From the human T2T-CHM13v2.0 reference genome, Homo sapiens, in the NCBI GenBank assembly GCA_009914755.4, contig CP068257.2, forward strand, positions 25,504,001 through 25,568,000: a stretch of DNA of 64,000 bases, in the 5' to 3' direction. Below the pieces are notes generated by a model. It was not told the origin of the DNA, did not search any database, and saw nothing but the letters and a program-made list of their open reading frames with translations. Each line of letters begins with the position of its first letter. The stretch's first letter is position 1. Below, one piece after another: positions 43,915 through 58,985 of the stretch. The position numbers and the translations under genes were made by a program.

Positions 43915-44222
43915 TTTTTTATTTTTTTTTTTTTTTTGAGATGGAGTCTCACTCTGTCGCCCAGGCTGGAGTGCAGTGGTGCCATGTCGGCTCACTGCAA
44001 GCTCTGCCCCCCCGGGTTCACGCCATTCTCCTGCCTCAGCCTCCCGAGTAGCTGGGACTACAGGTGCCCGCCACCACGCCCGGCTAATTTTGTTTTGTAT
44101 TTTTAGTAGAGACGGGGTTTCACCGTGTTAGCCAGGATGGTCTCGATCTCCTGACCTCATGATCTGCCCGCCTCAGCCTCCCAAAGTGCTGGGATTACAG
44201 GCGTGAGTCACCGCGCCCGGCC
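43915..44222 (-). mobile_element. AluY, antisense
   Basis: Poly-T run followed by gagatggagtctcactctgtcgcccaggctggagtgcagtggtgccatgtcggctcactgcaagctctgcccccccgggttcacgccattctcctgcctcagcctcccgagtagctgggactacaggtgcccgccaccacgcccggc...gcgtgagtcaccgcgcccggcc. Many CpGs are retained. Confidence 0.95.
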
Positions 44223-45394
44223 TTGAATATTTTAAAGAAAGATTTTTTTTTTTTAAAGAACATACGACATCTCATATGTGGCTCACAAAGCCTAGAATAT
44301 TTACTAGTTGGTAAATACAGAAAATGTTTGCTTATCTCTGTCCTACAGTGTAAAGATCATTACTATTAAAATCAGAAAACTTTGGTTAGTATTCTAGACC
44401 TGTCACTGACTCGCCTAGCTTGACTATATGTGGCAGTGACTGGGAGGCACACTAAACCAGAACTAAGTGTATCCCCTATTCAACTTCCTCTTGATGGATC
44501 TCAAGTATTCCTGCAATCACTTTGACAACATTCTATGCCAGGTGAAGTGTGACGAAGATTAAGTGAGAGTGAAAAGACATGGCCCTCTTAACCAACTACA
44601 GTAAAAGTAACTTACTTTTGTGAATCTTTTAAAAACATGTGGTTATGTGAACCCACTTCATGGTCATGTGAACCCGCTGCTGACCCTCTCCCGGGGCGCT
44701 GGAAAGGACCTACTCAAATGAGCACCCCTGAAGTGTAAGTTTTATTTGCTTGCTGTTTCATGATCGACACACCCCACATGCATGCACATGCTTACATGTA
44801 CACACACACAAACTTATTGCACAGGTATAAACAGTCGTTTTTGTGCTTACCTTTTTTTGCTGTAATGAAATGTAGACTAGGAAGTTATTATCTATAATAA
44901 GTGAATAAAAGGCTATGGCCTTTAAATTAATTATTTTATTGAGTGATTCTTTACAATCAGTCTGTAATTTGAAGTTTATTTCTAGAGTGGAGAAGTGGAA
45001 TGAGAAAAGAAAAAAGGAAAATTTCCTAAAGTATCAGCTAGGCCCTGGGTTTCAATACAACACTAGCTGTGGAACTAACTGGCTGTGTGCCCAACAAAAC
45101 AGAATAGGTGACTTTTAATGGCCTGAAGCTCTCTTGGAAGTGGCCATTAAGAGCAGTCAGTTTGGCAAGTCCCATTTGCCTATGTTCCTAACACTCTTTG
45201 GAACCCAGCCCATCGGAACTCTGTAAAGTATGAACATGCTGTGGTTATAAAGAAATATGGCCAAAAGTGAATCAGCTCCACAAAGAGATTATTCTAAAAG
45301 CCCAGGAATGTCTTTTTCCCCTAATGAATAAGTCAGTGGAGCAGTTGATGTGAAAGTTAAGGTAAGGTAAGCCATTCAATAAAATATGTAGTTC

Positions 45395-45490
45395 AAGAGG
45401 CATGTATTTCAATGCTACTTCTGTCACTATCAGCTTGGGGAAAGTTGGGCGAGTCACTTAACCTTTCTAAGCTTCAGTTTCTTTATTTTA
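45395..45490 (+). mobile_element. MIR SINE fragment
   Basis: cttctgtcactatcagcttggggaaagttgggcgagtcacttaacctttctaagcttcagtttc resembles the MIR core tgccacttactagctgtgtgaccttgggcaagtcacttaacctctctgagcctcagtttcc. Confidence 0.55.
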
Positions 45491-47864
45491 TATTTGTTAT
45501 CACTAAGATCTTTCTGGCTATAAAATTCCATTTTTCATAATGTGGAATCTCTGTTAACTGTCTTTACTCATAAAGGAAAATCAAATATTGTTATTCTCTA
45601 CTTACAGTCCCTGTGTGCTGTTGAAAAGTGGAGTTTCAAGGTTAAAATAACAGGTGTCTCGCAGTTTTTTAACCATTGTGGTTAAATATGTAATTGGTAA
45701 AATGAAAATTAGTATCTATTTCACAATTCGTTGAAATAAAACGAAGAAAGTCAGTAAGCGTAGCTTAGTCTCTTCTGAAACCTTTTACTTTCTACATTCA
45801 CATCAGTCCTACAGGACGGGTACTGCCCTTGAGGAGGAAGCTAGCAGTTTGGGGGGTAAATTAAATTATTGGCTATGGTATTAGCAATGCAATTAAGTCA
45901 CTTCTTGTGATCTGCCTTTTATCAGTATTATATGAGATACTCCTACAACCCCACATGCATGTTGATTCGTGTGCCCTTTCAACTATTTCTCTACTTGATA
46001 GGAAAAACATAAAGGTAATTGATCAACCACTTAAAATCAAAATGAATATTCAGTTGTTAATTTTATTTTTTTTCTATTCAAGTCTTCAAAAGACATTAAG
46101 AAACATGCTCTATGGTTGGTACCAAATTTTGGAGAAATCTGTTAAAAATTCAAGAGAACAATATGAAACTTTACATTTAGCCTTTTTTCATTAACATAAA
46201 ATATGCTTGACTACAGTCAGTTCTGTTACAATTGACTTTTTAATGTGAATGGGAACTTACATATTAAATTAGTATAAAAATGTTGTTCTTGTCACAGTTT
46301 TATGAGTTGTTGATAATCACACATGAAGCAGAATCAGCTATTGATGTTATTTCAAGTTAAGTTAAAAGTGAGGATAGGTTAGTTCAGTATTATTTTGTGA
46401 TTTTTTTTTTCCTGCATATTCAGGAAAATGACCTTTCTCCTTATGTATAACAAATTGTTTTGGCAAGATTTAAGATATGATTGAAAATCTTAAAATGTGA
46501 ATGAATTTGGTCTTAGAGAATACCTCTGGGGGGTCTTAGAGAATACCTCTGATTTTCAGTAAGTTAAGTTTATTACTGCTATTTTTTGATAAACTCTCAA
46601 TATAAACAAACGTCTATATGAAAAGAGAAAGCATCAAAATATGTTTTATATACTTCTAAGTCTTTGCAAATCTGTGTAATATTTTTAGCAAGAACAGTTT
46701 CTGTGTAGCATGAAAACATAGCATGATGGCTTCCCTGTGTTATTTCCCATTTTGTCAGGGGAGTCAAGTAACTGCCAAGACCACATTGGTGGGCTTATGA
46801 AGGGTGATATCCCATACTCCCCACCCATAGTGAGTCATTCAATGGTGAGGTTCCTGAAGGGTGGAAAGAGTCTCAGAGTTCTGAGGGAGGCCTCTTGAAA
46901 GCAAACATACTTTGAAAGTGCAAGTCTGTTGTCCTACAGACGATCCTAAATTTGCAAGGATTCAGTGACATGTGGTTAAGACATCTTGAACTCATTATTG
47001 GAAAACTTGAAAAAAATTAGGATGGTTTCTGCCACACACTATTTTTTAAAAAAAATATGATTAAATACATGATTGCTTGTGTTTGTATAGACTTTTGCTT
47101 TTAGTCATTTTTTAAGTAGTCTAAAAGAGAAAACGTGTATTCTATTTTACCATAGGAATGTAAAATTCCTAAGGGCTCTATACTCTATGAACTTTACATG
47201 CACTGAAATTCCATCTAGAGAAATGGCGTTTAGGGGAAACTGTCAAGTGCACAAATCCTTTGCCTTTTAGTTTTTTTCATTCTGTGTATTTCTGTGTGTG
47301 TGTAATTTCTGAGTGTGTAATTTCTCTGTGTGTGTAATTTCTGCTATAAATTAGAAAGTGTGATAGTCTATATTTTTCCCATGAGTTGTTACCCTTAAGC
47401 AATAGCAGGAGAGAAATGAATTTATTTTAATTTCAAGCCATTTTAAGGTTTACTTCTCCATAGCATGGGGAAAAATGTATTAATTACTTTGGAGGATTCA
47501 GATACTTAATAGAGCAAAGGTTCATTTTGATTAAAATATATGAGAACTGGGGTAAGAAGAATTGTTCTTTTCAAATGTACACTCGGCATTTACCAAGATA
47601 GCTCATATTATGAAACATAAAATAAATCCCAATAAATTACAAGCATTCAAGTACTTTTATGTATTTAAATGTAATATGAACATATGATGTTAAAAGAAAA
47701 TACATAATGTTCTCTAAACACAGTGGCATTAAATAGAATTCAGTAGCAGAGAAATACCTGAAAATTCCTCAAATATTTAAAAACTAAATTATGTACTTAA
47801 GACATCAAAAGAAAAATTGGAAAATGTTTAGAGTTGAATAAAAATGGAAATATAGTGTCTTAGT

Positions 47865-48185
47865 TTGCTTTGTGCTGCTGTAACAGAATACCTGAGGCCT
47901 AGGTAATTTATAATTAACAGAAATGTATTGGTTTACCATCATGAAGGCTAGGAAATCCAATGTCAAGTTGTGGGCATCTTACCAGGGCCTTTTTGCTGTG
48001 CCATGATGTGGCAGAAGACAAGAGGGTGAGAGAGAGAGAGAGAGAGAGAGCACGGAAGGGAGTCCAAACTTACCTTTTTTATAAAAAAAATCAACTCCCA
48101 TAATAATAAACCTACTCCTGCATGACAACATTAATTCATTTATGAGGAAAGTGACCTCAAGGACCAATCACCACTCAAAAATCAC
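47865..48185 (-). mobile_element. MLT1-type MaLR LTR containing a (GA)n run
   Basis: tcttagtttgctttgtgctgctgtaacagaatacctgaggcctaggtaatttataattaacagaaatgtattggtttaccatcatgaaggctaggaaatccaatgtcaagttgtgggc. The (GA)n run is at 48035-48057. Confidence 0.55.
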
Positions 48186-48351
48186 AATGGCAACCAAATT
48201 TTAGCATGAGTTTTGGAGGGAACAAACATCCAAACCATAGCACATAGGATATCTGAATGTGGGCAAAACAACTAAAGCAGTATTTAGGGACATTTTTGCC
48301 CTAATATAAATATTTATATTATTACGTAACATAACATTCTTCACAGAGGTA

Positions 48352-50228
<1,877 letters not shown>

Positions 50229-50229
50229 A

Positions 50230-50885
50230 TGTAGAAAACCCAAAGGAATCTATAAAAAGTCTACTAGAGCTAGAGTGATTTTAACAAGATTTCAATACAC
50301 AAATTCAAATGTCTTTCTATATATTAATGACAATCAACAATAAAATTTTAAAACATTATTAAAGTATAATGAAAATATCAACTGTTTAGGGAGAAATGTA
50401 ACAAGAATGGTGAAGGACCTATACACTAAAAAGCTTCAATATGTTGTTGAGATTAACTGAAGAAGGTCTAAATAGATTTTTTTTTCATGTCTCGGAAGAC
50501 TTAATATGTGAAGATACCAATTCTTCCCCAAATGATCAACAGGTGAAATGCAATCCCAATCAAAATCCCAGCAATTATTTTAAGGGGGAAATTGGCAATC
50601 TGATTCTAAAATTCATATGGAAAAAAACAATGGAGTTAGAATAACTAAAACAAGTCCGAAAAAGAAAAAGAAATGGAGGACTAATGCTACCTGATTTCAA
50701 GTCTTATCGTATAAATCTACATCAATAAAGGACAAGTTGGTATTGGGTTAAAGATAGATAAATACATCAGTGGAATAGAATATTGAATCCAGAATAAATC
50801 CACACATATATGGATAAAAATACCAGACAATTCAGTGGAGATGGTTTTGTTTTTACAACAAATGTTACTGGAACAAATTGATATA
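50230..50885 (+). mobile_element. older L1 (L1M-like) mid-ORF2 segment
   Basis: aaacccaaaggaatctataaaaagtctactagagctagagtgatttt...gatcaacaggtgaaatgcaatcccaatcaaaatcccagcaattattt...ctgattctaaaattcatatggaaaaaaacaatggagttagaataactaaaacaagtccgaaaaag...ctacctgatttcaagtcttatcgtataaatctacatcaataaaggacaagttggtattgg. Confidence 0.75.
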
Positions 50886-51290
50886 TGTATTAGTCAGATA
50901 TGGCTGCCATAACAAAGAACCACAAACAGGTGGTTTAAATAATGGAAATAAATTTCCTCAGAATTCTGGAGTATGGAAGCCCAAGATCAAGTTGCTGGGA
51001 GGATTCGTTTCTTCTGAGTGTCTCTTTTTTTGATGACAGATGACTATCTTTTACCAATGTCTTCACTTGGTTTTCCCTCTGTGTGTGCCTAGGTCCTATT
51101 CTCCAATTCCTATAAGGAAACCAGTCATATTGGATTAGGGCCCACTCTAATGGCCCCATTTTACTTGCATTATCTCTTTAAAGACACTATCTCCAGATGT
51201 AGCCACACTCTGAAGTACTTGGAATTAGGATTTATGGTGCAAGAATCTGCGAGAGAGCACAATTCAGCCCATGACAATACCCATATGTAA
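50886..51290 (-). mobile_element. MLT1-type MaLR LTR
   Basis: tgtattagtcagatatggctgccataacaaagaaccacaaacaggtggtttaaataatggaaataaatttcctcagaattctggagtatggaagcccaagatcaagttgctgggagg...ccagtcatattggattagggcccactctaatggcc. Confidence 0.65.
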
Positions 51291-51800
51291 ACAAATCTGC
51301 ACACAAATCCTTGCATGCATATCTTTACAGCAGCATTATTCATAATTGCCAAAAACTGGAAAGGACCCAAATGCCCCTGAACTGGTGAATGGATAGACAG
51401 TATTTGTTGTAATCATACAATGGAATACTAGTCAGCCATAAGAAGCAATAAACTCATACACGCTGTGTTATGGCTGACCCTCGAAAACATTATGCCCAAT
51501 GAAAGAAGCCAGGCACAAGAGATCACATATTTTACGATTCCATTTACACTAAATGTCCATACAAACAAATTTATACAACAGAAACTAGATTATTGGTTGC
51601 CTGAGGCTGAGGGTTGGAGCGGTAATTAATTGTAAATACAGATGAGGAATATTATTGATATGAGAGATGAAAATGTTATAAAACTAATTTATGGTGATAG
51701 TTGCATCACTTGGTAACATTCCTAAAAATCATTGAAATGCCACCTTAAATGGGTGAATTTTATGCTATGTAAAAGATACCTCACTAAAATTGTTTAAAAT
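51290..51800 (+). mobile_element. old L1 (L1MB-like) 3' end
   Basis: atctttacagcagcattattcataattgccaaaaactggaaaggacccaaatgcccctgaactggtgaatggatagacagtatttgttgtaatcatacaatggaatactagtcagccataagaagcaataaactcatacacgctgtgttatggctgaccctcgaaaacattatgcccaatgaaagaagccaggcacaag...gtgaattttatgctatgtaaaagatacctcactaaaa. Confidence 0.75.
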
Positions 51801-51804
51801 GCAT

Positions 51805-52135
51805 CAATTCAAATTGGATCTTAGATCTAAAGGTAAAGCCTAATGCTATAAAACCTCTAAAAGAAAACAAAAACAGAGACTTTTGTGATCTTGGGTTAGG
51901 CATATATTTCTTGGATACAAAATCAAAGAGATGATTCAAAAAATGAATTTTGAAAAACTGAACTTCAAATAAAAATTAAAATCATCTGTCCTTTGCAGAA
52001 ACTCTTAAGACAATGAAAAGACAATCTATAGAATAGAAGAAAATATTTGCAAGGAATATATCTTATAAAGGACTGATTCCAGAAAATAAAGCACAGTTAA
52101 AATGTAATATTAAGAAAATTATCAGCCAGGGTGCT
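51805..52135 (+). mobile_element. L1M ORF2 segment, colinear continuation of the segment at 50230-50885
   Basis: ctaaaggtaaagcctaatgctataaaacctctaaaagaaaacaaaaacagagacttttgtgatcttgggttaggcatatatttcttggatacaaaatcaaagag...aaaaattaaaatcatctgtcctttgcagaaactcttaagacaatgaaaagacaatctatagaatagaagaaaatatttgcaaggaatatatcttataaaggactgattccagaaaa. Confidence 0.7.
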
Positions 52136-52140
52136 TGTAG

Positions 52141-52451
<311 letters not shown>

Positions 52452-53049
52452 CTGTATGCTTTCTTATTTGTATCCTTTCTAATATTCTTTGGGTCTCTAG
52501 GGTTTTTAGAACATTTACAATTACTACCCCTAAGGTATTCTGTAACTATTCTTTTGAAGAAATGAATTAAAGACTAAATAAAAAATTGTTAATCTGTGCT
52601 TCCAAATTGGTTGTTGAGGTCTGAAGAAGCTAGCATCAGGGAGTGATAGTGGATCTAAGGATTCTTGGAGTTGTGGGAGGACTTTGCTAGAATCCTACAG
52701 GGAAGAATTTACGAGGATATTAGGACAGTTTAGCAAGTGCAGATAAATGCAATAAACATGGGGCCAAAATATGTATATACATCGGTCATGCTTGGTCGCT
52801 AAGTAGATAGCTGGCATCAAAAAGATGTCGCCTAAAGAAATGAGAGTTTCTGTTTTTCTTTCTCCTCTCCTTTCTTTTTCCCTCCTCTCTTCCTTCTTTC
52901 TTTATTCTTTTTTTCTTGAGTGAAATATCATTTTTCTTTGTTTTTCTTGAGTGAAATATACACTACTTAAAGCAAAATAGCACATTTTGTTACATGCTAG
53001 AAAAGCATAGGAGATTACATTTATTCTCAAAGAGTAATTATTATTATTA

Positions 53050-53280
53050 TTTTTTTTTTTTTTTGAGAAAGTCTCTCCGCCTCCCAGGTTCAAGGGATTC
53101 TCCCACCTCAGCCTCCCGAGTAGCTGGGATTACAGGCGCATGCCACGACACCAAGCCAATTTTTGTATTTTTAGAAGAAATGGTCACCGCGTTGGCCAGA
53201 CTGGTCTCGAACTCCTGACCTCAAGTGATCTGCCTGCCTCGGCCTCCCAAAGTGCTGGGATTACAGGCATGAGCCACTGT
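53050..53280 (-). mobile_element. Alu SINE with an internal deletion
   Basis: Poly-T run followed by gagaaagtctctccgcctcccaggttcaagggattctcccacctcagcctcccgagtagctgggattacaggcgcatgccacgacaccaagcc...cccaaagtgctgggattacaggcatgagccactgt. Confidence 0.9.
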
Positions 53281-53396
53281 AATTTATTTCTTTATTCAAC
53301 ATGTAAAACATTCTTTTAAATACATCTCATGGAAACATTTGAATTCCTCCAGTTACAGGTATATTTACTGCATCTCTACTCTCTTTTGATAGTACT

Positions 53397-53645
53397 CTGA
53401 AGTACTTGGAGTTAGGATTTATGGTGCAAGAATTTGCAAGAAACCACAATTCAGCCCATGACAATATCCAGATGTAAACAAATGAACTTCAATATGTACC
53501 TCAACATATGTCCATGCATCTATATTGCAAATCTTTTCATGCAGATCTATGAAAAGTCTACTAGAGCTATAATGGCCTTTAGTTATATCTGCATGCAAAT
53601 TTTTGCATTGAGATCTTCACAGCAGCATTATTCATAATTGTATTA
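53397..53645 (+). repeat. local paralogue of the MLT1/L1 junction at 51195-51350
   Basis: ctctgaagtacttggagttaggatttatggtgcaagaatttgcaagaaaccacaattcagcccatgacaatatccagatgtaaacaaat...cttcacagcagcattattcataattg matches ctctgaagtacttggaattaggatttatggtgcaagaatctgcgagagagcacaattcagcccatgacaatacccatatgtaaacaaat...ctttacagcagcattattcataattg at 51195-51350. Confidence 0.75.
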
Positions 53646-53918
53646 AAAAGATTGCATTAGAAAGAATTGCGTTTTCTATTTATACAGTTGCTGATTTCTT
53701 ATTTCTTTGATAAACAGGAGTTGAATTTTATACAAATCATGGCTTTTTTTGTGTAAGATATTGAGGAAATCACTGTGAATTCAAAACGGTTCATGTTCTT
53801 AAGGAGCTGGATAGTTATTAGGTAGGCAGATACTTAGATAACTACCAGTAATAAAGATTTGCAGTAGCTAGTTATTGGAACACAGAAGAGAAAGTAGCTA
53901 ACTTTACCCTGGGTAGGT

Positions 53919-54868
53919 GATATAGTTTGGATATTGTCCCTGCCTGTCTCCTGTTGAATTATAATCCCCAGCACTAGAGGTGGGGCCTGGTGGAAGGTAT
54001 TTGGGTCTTGGGGGTGGAGCCCTCATGGCTTATTGCTATCTTCATGATAGTGAGTTCTGCTGAGATCTGGTCAGTTAAAAAGGTTCCATTTGACCCAGCA
54101 ATTCCATTACTGGGTATATACTCAAAGGATTATAAATCATTCTCTATAAAGACACATGCACACGTATGTTTATTGCAGCACTATTCACAATAGCAAAGAC
54201 TTGGAACCAACCCAAATGCTCATCAATGATGGACTGGATAAAGAAAATGTGGCACATATACACTATGGAATACTATGCAGCCATAAAAAAGAATGGGTTC
54301 ATGTCCTTTGCAGGGATATGGATGATGCTGGAAACCATCATCCTCAGTAAACTAACACAGGAACAGAAAACCAAACACCGCATGTTCTCACTCATAAGTG
54401 GGAGTTGAACCATAAGAACACATGGACATAGGGAGGGGAACATCACACACTGGAACCTGTTGGGGGGGTGTGGGGCAAGGGGAGAGAGAGCATTAGGACA
54501 AATAGCTGATGCATGTGGGGCTTGAAACCTAGATGACGGGTTGATAGGTGCAGCAAACCGCCATGGCCCATGTATACCTATGTAACAAACCTGCACATTC
54601 TGCACATGTATTCCAGAACTTAAAGTAAAAGGTAAAAAAAAAAGAACGTGACACCTTCCTCTCCATGACTGTCTTTCATGCTCCTGCTTTTGCCATGTGA
54701 TGTGCCTGCTCCCCTTTGCCTTTCACCATGATTTTAAGCTTCTTGAATCCCTCACCAGAAGCCGAGCAAATGTCAGTGCCATCCTTGTGCAACTTGCAGA
54801 ACCATGAGTCAATTAAATCTCTTTTCTTTATATATTACCCAGTCTCAGGTATTTTTCGTTGTTGTTTA
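53919..54868 (+). mobile_element. MST/THE1-family MaLR LTR split by an L1 insertion (pieces at 53919-54082 and 54645-54868)
   Basis: The left piece is tgatatagtttggatattgtccctgcctgtctcctgttgaattataatccccagcactagaggtggggcctggtggaaggtatttgggtcttgggggtggagccctcatggcttattgc...gatagtgagttctgctgagatctggtcagttaaaaag. The right piece is ...cttgaatccctcaccagaagccgagcaaatgtcagtgccatccttgtgcaacttgcagaaccatgagtcaattaaatctcttttctttatatattacccagtctcaggtat. Confidence 0.7.
54083..54644 (+). mobile_element. L1PA-type L1 3' end (about 560 bp) inserted in the MaLR LTR
   Basis: gttccatttgacccagcaattccattactgggtatatactcaaaggattataaatcattc...ttcacaatagcaaagacttggaaccaacccaaatgctcatcaatgatggactggataaagaaaatgtggcacatatacac...gcacattctgcacatgtattccagaacttaaagtaaaaggtaaaaaaaaaag. 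The ORF at 54166-54408 is the ORF2p tail. Confidence 0.9.
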
Positions 54869-56269
54869 ATAAGGAAAGGATTTCACTAATTTTTGAAGCA
54901 AATAAGATTTGTGAGTTTCAAAGAAAAGGCTAACCTTCCTATATTAAATGTTTATGTCTAATGTTCCTCAATTGCAAATGCAAGTTTTGACCATTATGCA
55001 AAACAAAGTCCTGGAATTTACAACATTTTCTTGATGGTATTAACTCTTTTTTCTCTGGCATGCTATTGATAATAGATTAGATTCAAAAGATTGGCCGTAT
55101 TGTTCCCAGTGTCTGGCAGTATGGAATGGTTCAGGAGCTCTAAGGTAAAACCTATAAGTGAAAAATCAATGAGATTTTCATTCTACAGATCAATAGTTTA
55201 AAATGGTACACAGGTACTCATATTTGGCAACTTTCTTCTTTATAGCAATGTAAGAATGCCTAGTAGAGTAGGGATTAGGAGAACTGGTCTTGCTTGGAAA
55301 GGTTTGAGGAGGAGAAAGTGGTTAAACAGAAAATTGAGTAATATTTTACTATATAAATGAGAGTTGAAGGAGGGCAACCAGGAGGAAAAAAAAGCATTAC
55401 GAAAAACAAGGGATGATAGAGAATGAGATGTTTCAGGGACAGTTAGTGACTCAATGTGAGGAGTGTGCAGGGTATTCGATGGAACAGTGGTGCTTAATGG
55501 AGCCCCCAAAGCAGACAGAAAATAGAACAGAAATGGCCCTGCATGCCATGCTAAAGGATTTGGAATTGATCTTGTATTCACTGGAGAGCCGCAGGAGAAG
55601 TATAATAAAGGGAACAAAAGTGGACTTCAGAATGTAGTCTGTGTGGCATGAGAAGATAAATTCAGAGCACTTTCAGAAAGAAAGCAGAAAACCCTATACT
55701 ACGGCTATTTTATTAATGCAGGGAAAAATTATGGTGTCCTGGCATAAGATAGCAGCAGTTGAGAATGAAGAGGAGGGGCTGGATTTGAGATATATTAAGA
55801 ACATTGAATCAATAGGTTGGAATGGTTGAGCAGTGGGGGATTGAGGAATTGGTGAAGAACGTAAATGAGTCAAGGATGACTCATGGATTCCTAATTTATA
55901 AAAAATAAATATAATGGAGACATATAAAATATAAACATTCATTTGGTTTGTGTCATTTTACTGAAGAATCCTTGTTTTTAGCATACTTTTTGTATCATAG
56001 ATATTCATTACCTTGATTGAAAATCGAAAGCAGAAGAAATACATAAAACATTCACAACAAAGTTGCAAGAAAATTGCTTTGAAGATACAGTTTCCTGTTA
56101 TGTTGATTACTTTGTCCTAGGCTAGTGTCCTTCTTTATCTAAATTCTGAAATATTAGCTATTTTTTATCTGACTTACATTATACATCGTATTATGATGCA
56201 TACATAAAACTTTAACTTTGGGAGTTTGAAATACACTGGACCATAAGTTACATGAGTTTCAGGGCTGTT

Positions 56270-56370
56270 TACCTCTATATTCCCAGCATTTAGCACAGGG
56301 TTTCACACATAGTAAACACTCATTCTTGTTAAATGAATGAATGAACAAATGAATGAATGAATGAAATAAT
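56270..56370 (+). mobile_element. MIR 3' end with an (AATG)n tail
   Basis: ctctatattcccagcatttagcacagggtttcacacatagtaaacactcattcttgttaaatgaatgaatgaacaaatgaatgaatgaatgaaat. Confidence 0.55.
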
Positions 56371-58744
56371 TGTTCAAAAAATACCAATCAGCTGCTCAAT
56401 TTGTCCAGAATCATTAAATAGCAAATTTCTTTCTGATAATAATGGCAGAAATATTTCAGTTCAATTAGGTTGACAATCATATTTGAGTTTCTGGTACCAA
56501 TATACTACTCTCTGATACGCAATATAAATAATATCTGTAACCTAGTGTTCATTATCCATGAAGTATAAATAATCTTTTCAAAATTGTTTGGAAATGAACC
56601 AGTGGATATGCATTCAGAATTACTTTAGTTAAAACTCAAGACATATTAAATGTACATAGTACGTTCATGTCCTTCTTTATTTTGTCCTGTCCCCACTTTG
56701 GTTGTTGCCTGGCTGGTTCCCAAAGCAATTCCGAATTCCAGCATGCAGAATTTTATGTGAAACTTACCTAAGACAAAGGATGTTTTATTTTTTCAATGAC
56801 CACTTTCTTTCATGGCTTGGCACATAAAAGATGTAGACTTTCTCACTCTATTTCTGAATAATGGATTTTAAAACCATATTAGACATCTCCAACATAATAT
56901 AAACTGAGGGAGTACATGGTAGAGTATCTTAGGAATGTCCTGCCAGTAAACACAAGTAATTAATCAACCCACACATTTTTTTTTGTTAGCCTAATTTACT
57001 CCCATGAGATACAGCAGTAGTAAAATTCATTCATCCAACATTCTTTAATACTTGCCAGATAAGAAGGGCTACTTGCCCCCACTTCAGTGACAGGTTAATA
57101 GTTCTATTTTGGAAATGTTTGTCTAAATCCAAGAACTCAGGCTCAGTGCCATTTATTTATTTGGGAGATTGTTGGCAGGAAAGTACTATACCCTTACCTG
57201 GCAGGAGTAGTGCGGGTGAGGATTTTGCCTTCATTTTCATTTGTGCTTAATTCAATCTGATAGAAAATAGCTGCAGAGCACAAGTGAGAAGGAATATATA
57301 CAGAATTTTCAAGGAAGAAAAATAAAATTGGTGTTAAAATTAACTTCACTTCAACATCTAAAGTGAAGTCTCATTATCCTGTGTACCTCAAGGACATATT
57401 CTCCAAACTTCTCAGCTATTTCTGAGGGGCTCTCCACTTATATTTCAACTTCCTTCTTTGTAGCCCCAGATATAGGCTTACACCTCCTGGCTTGACTGCT
57501 TCTCTGATGCTATGAACTCTACATTCAAGTTTCAAGCCAATAGAGCTCCAAACATACAATTTCTCTGTATCACATTCACAATGTTCTCTAGGCTTAAAGG
57601 GAGAAGAGTGACCTCCACCCCTCCTGCACTGGAGTATATTTCTCTCTCTTAAGACAACCCTCAATCTACCTCCTATTTAGTGATGTTTCCACATTTACTG
57701 TGCATTTCAGGTAACAGCAGCCACAGGTGGTTACATCTATCCTTGCTTTGTACTGTCTAGCTCAACTACCACCACACCTAACTGTACCATGCCATTCTAC
57801 TCCAGTGGCCAGATGCCAGATGGGCACTAAGGTGTCTGGCACCATCCACAGACTGACCAGTATATGCCATAGCCTAGTGCAAGTGCAAGAGGCCAACTCA
57901 ATCAGTCTGCCTTTGAATGCTAGATCTGGACACCAGAAAATCTGGACACCAAAAATCAAGATGTCCACATAAGTCATACTTTCAGGCTGCCCTGATTATT
58001 TCTCAAGTACCTCATAGCTAAAATGTAAAAGGCCTAGCTATTTTTAAAAAAATTTTAAATAGCTCTGAACCCGAGAATGCTTTAAGTTCACAGTAATATA
58101 GATGAAAGCTAAAATGTCAAAGGTACAGCTATAATAACTTAAAAGACAAGTACCTTTGTGAATCAGAAATAATCTAGAAAGAGTTTTAGAAAATATATAA
58201 ATCTATGGTCATTCTTGGATCTGGCTGGAGAAGCAGGCAGAACCAGCTAAATGATAACATTGACTTTTTGATATGCCATTCTGCATACCGGTCTCACATT
58301 CAGGCTGGTAACAGGACGGGTGCAGTTGTTCCTGCCATCGCATCTCATATTCACATAGGACCGTATTAAGAATATAAAAAAACTAGAGGAGCACCTAGGT
58401 CTCCTTCGTAAGAAAATCTTTCTGGAATGCCTCCACGTAGACTTCCCTATATATCCTATTGGCCAGAATTTTGTTCTATATCCATTCTTTACCTGATCAC
58501 TGGGAAGGCAGAAGGAATTGCCATAACTGGAAGAAAAAAACAACCTGTGGAATAGAATGTTTGGGAAGAATCCAGCAAAAATGCCCACCATGATACATCT
58601 TTTGCTCATACATTATGTTAAAAATGCTGATGTCAAAATTAAACACACTCAGTCCTTCTTCAAATAGAAACAACTCAAAGTTTCATCCTTGGTCAAATTC
58701 AGTATTTTGCATGATGTGTAATCCTCATCACATCTCTGCTCAGT

Positions 58745-58985
58745 TTTTCATGTTCTATATCAGAGGTCAGCAAAATATGGCCCTATAGCCAAATCTGGCC
58801 TGCTGCCTGTTTTTGTGTGGCCCACAAACTAATGTGTGTGTGTGTATGTGTGTTTACAATTGTTAATGTTTACATTTAAAACAAGAATAAATCATATTCT
58901 TTGTTTTTCCTTTTGTCCTGGAAATTCTAAAATATTTACCATATGGTCCTTTGCAGAAAATGTTTGCCAACTCCTGTTCAATGGG
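58745..58985. mobile_element. MITE-like nonautonomous DNA transposon of about 240 bp (MER-type, hAT-like ends)
   Basis: The imperfect TIRs are cagaggtcagcaaaatatggccc at the left end and tttgccaactcctg (reverse complement caggagttggcaaa) at the right end. The interior (ccaaatctggcctgctgcctgtttttgtgtggcccacaaa...ctaaaatatttaccatatggtcctttgcagaaaatgtttgcc) resembles the human MER family with the consensus ends caggggtcggcaaact...agtttgccgacccctg. Confidence 0.4.

Noticed and set aside
55240-55942. 125-aa minus-strand and 74-aa plus-strand ORFs in a non-repeat-looking segment
   Set aside because: There is no codon-usage asymmetry and no splice context. The translation is low complexity. The sequence resembles an ancient interspersed repeat family (around ggaattgatcttgta...gtcaaggatgactc) that I cannot name confidently, so I treat it as an unclassified old repeat and not as a gene.
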